A stretch of DNA of 61,775 bases, counting the filler, from Collodictyon triciliatum (lineage: Eukaryota), in the NCBI GenBank assembly GCA_043381765.1. It is 13 parts of 13 records of this genome, joined end to end, with 100 filler letters (N's around TTAATTAATTAA, not from the genome) between each part and the next. Parts side by side here need not be neighbours in the genome. Positions count along the whole stretch, not along the records: positions 59,516 to 61,775 come from JBHJMP010005749.1; 12 more parts are not named here. The stretch is one strand, 5' to 3'. Shown here in pieces: positions 61,555-61,775 of the stretch (the first letter of the stretch is position 1; each line of letters begins with the position of its first letter). The notes below the pieces were generated by a model. The model saw only the letters and a list, made by a program, of their open reading frames with translations. It searched no databases and was not told where the DNA came from. Both the position numbers and the translations under genes were made by a program.

Positions 61555-61775
61555 TTTTTTTTTCCTTTATTCGATTCAAAGTGTAGCGAGGCTATGCCAT
61601 ACAAAGGGGCGGGATGGGAGCGCATGGGAGAGAGCAAACGCGAGTAGGAGAAGACTAATGTGGAGAGGGTAGCACTGGAAAGAAGTCAGTGATAGCGAGT
61701 TGGTCAGGTGGGCGTCCCAACTGGTTGATTGGTTGCGTGGGTAGCAGGGGTTGGATATGCTGTGGGAGATATCGC
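61555..61775 (-). mobile_element. Family A retroelement copy (runs off the window end)
   Basis: (T)9 CCTTTATTCGATTCAAAGTGTAGCGAGG...; reverse complement matches 14128-14344 and 29786-29995. Confidence 0.92.

Overview
Eukaryotic (protist-like, intron-rich, spliceosomal) DNA. The window is not contiguous: it is 13 unrelated contigs (mostly ~4.85 kb, roughly size-sorted) joined by artificial N44-TTAATTAATTAA-N44 linkers, so adjacency across linkers means nothing. Recognisable genes are UPRT, a MEF2-type MADS-box factor, two related LRR genes, a signal-peptide WD40 protein, an FG-GAP propeller protein, a tandem BAF-like protein, RagA/B GTPase, selenophosphate synthetase (in-frame UGA/Sec on a 13-nt micro-exon), an ADP/ATP carrier, SLC35F, SLC13/TrkA_C and CDF zinc transporters, ASNSD1, and three tRNAs. 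Mobile DNA comprises a decayed Fanzor1 (eukaryotic TnpB-derived RNA-guided nuclease) with a candidate omegaRNA at its 3' end, a REL-type non-LTR relic, and a poly(A) retroelement family. That family occurs both as 150-220+ nt copies and as ~19-27 nt micro-insertions flanked by 14-16 bp target-site duplications. Best leads: the Fanzor1/omegaRNA locus, the micro-insertions that stop at the base of a 3' stem-loop, the single-chain double-BAF protein, and an LRR family with one-repeat exons and hypervariable concave-face residues. All calls are by eye; no searches were run.
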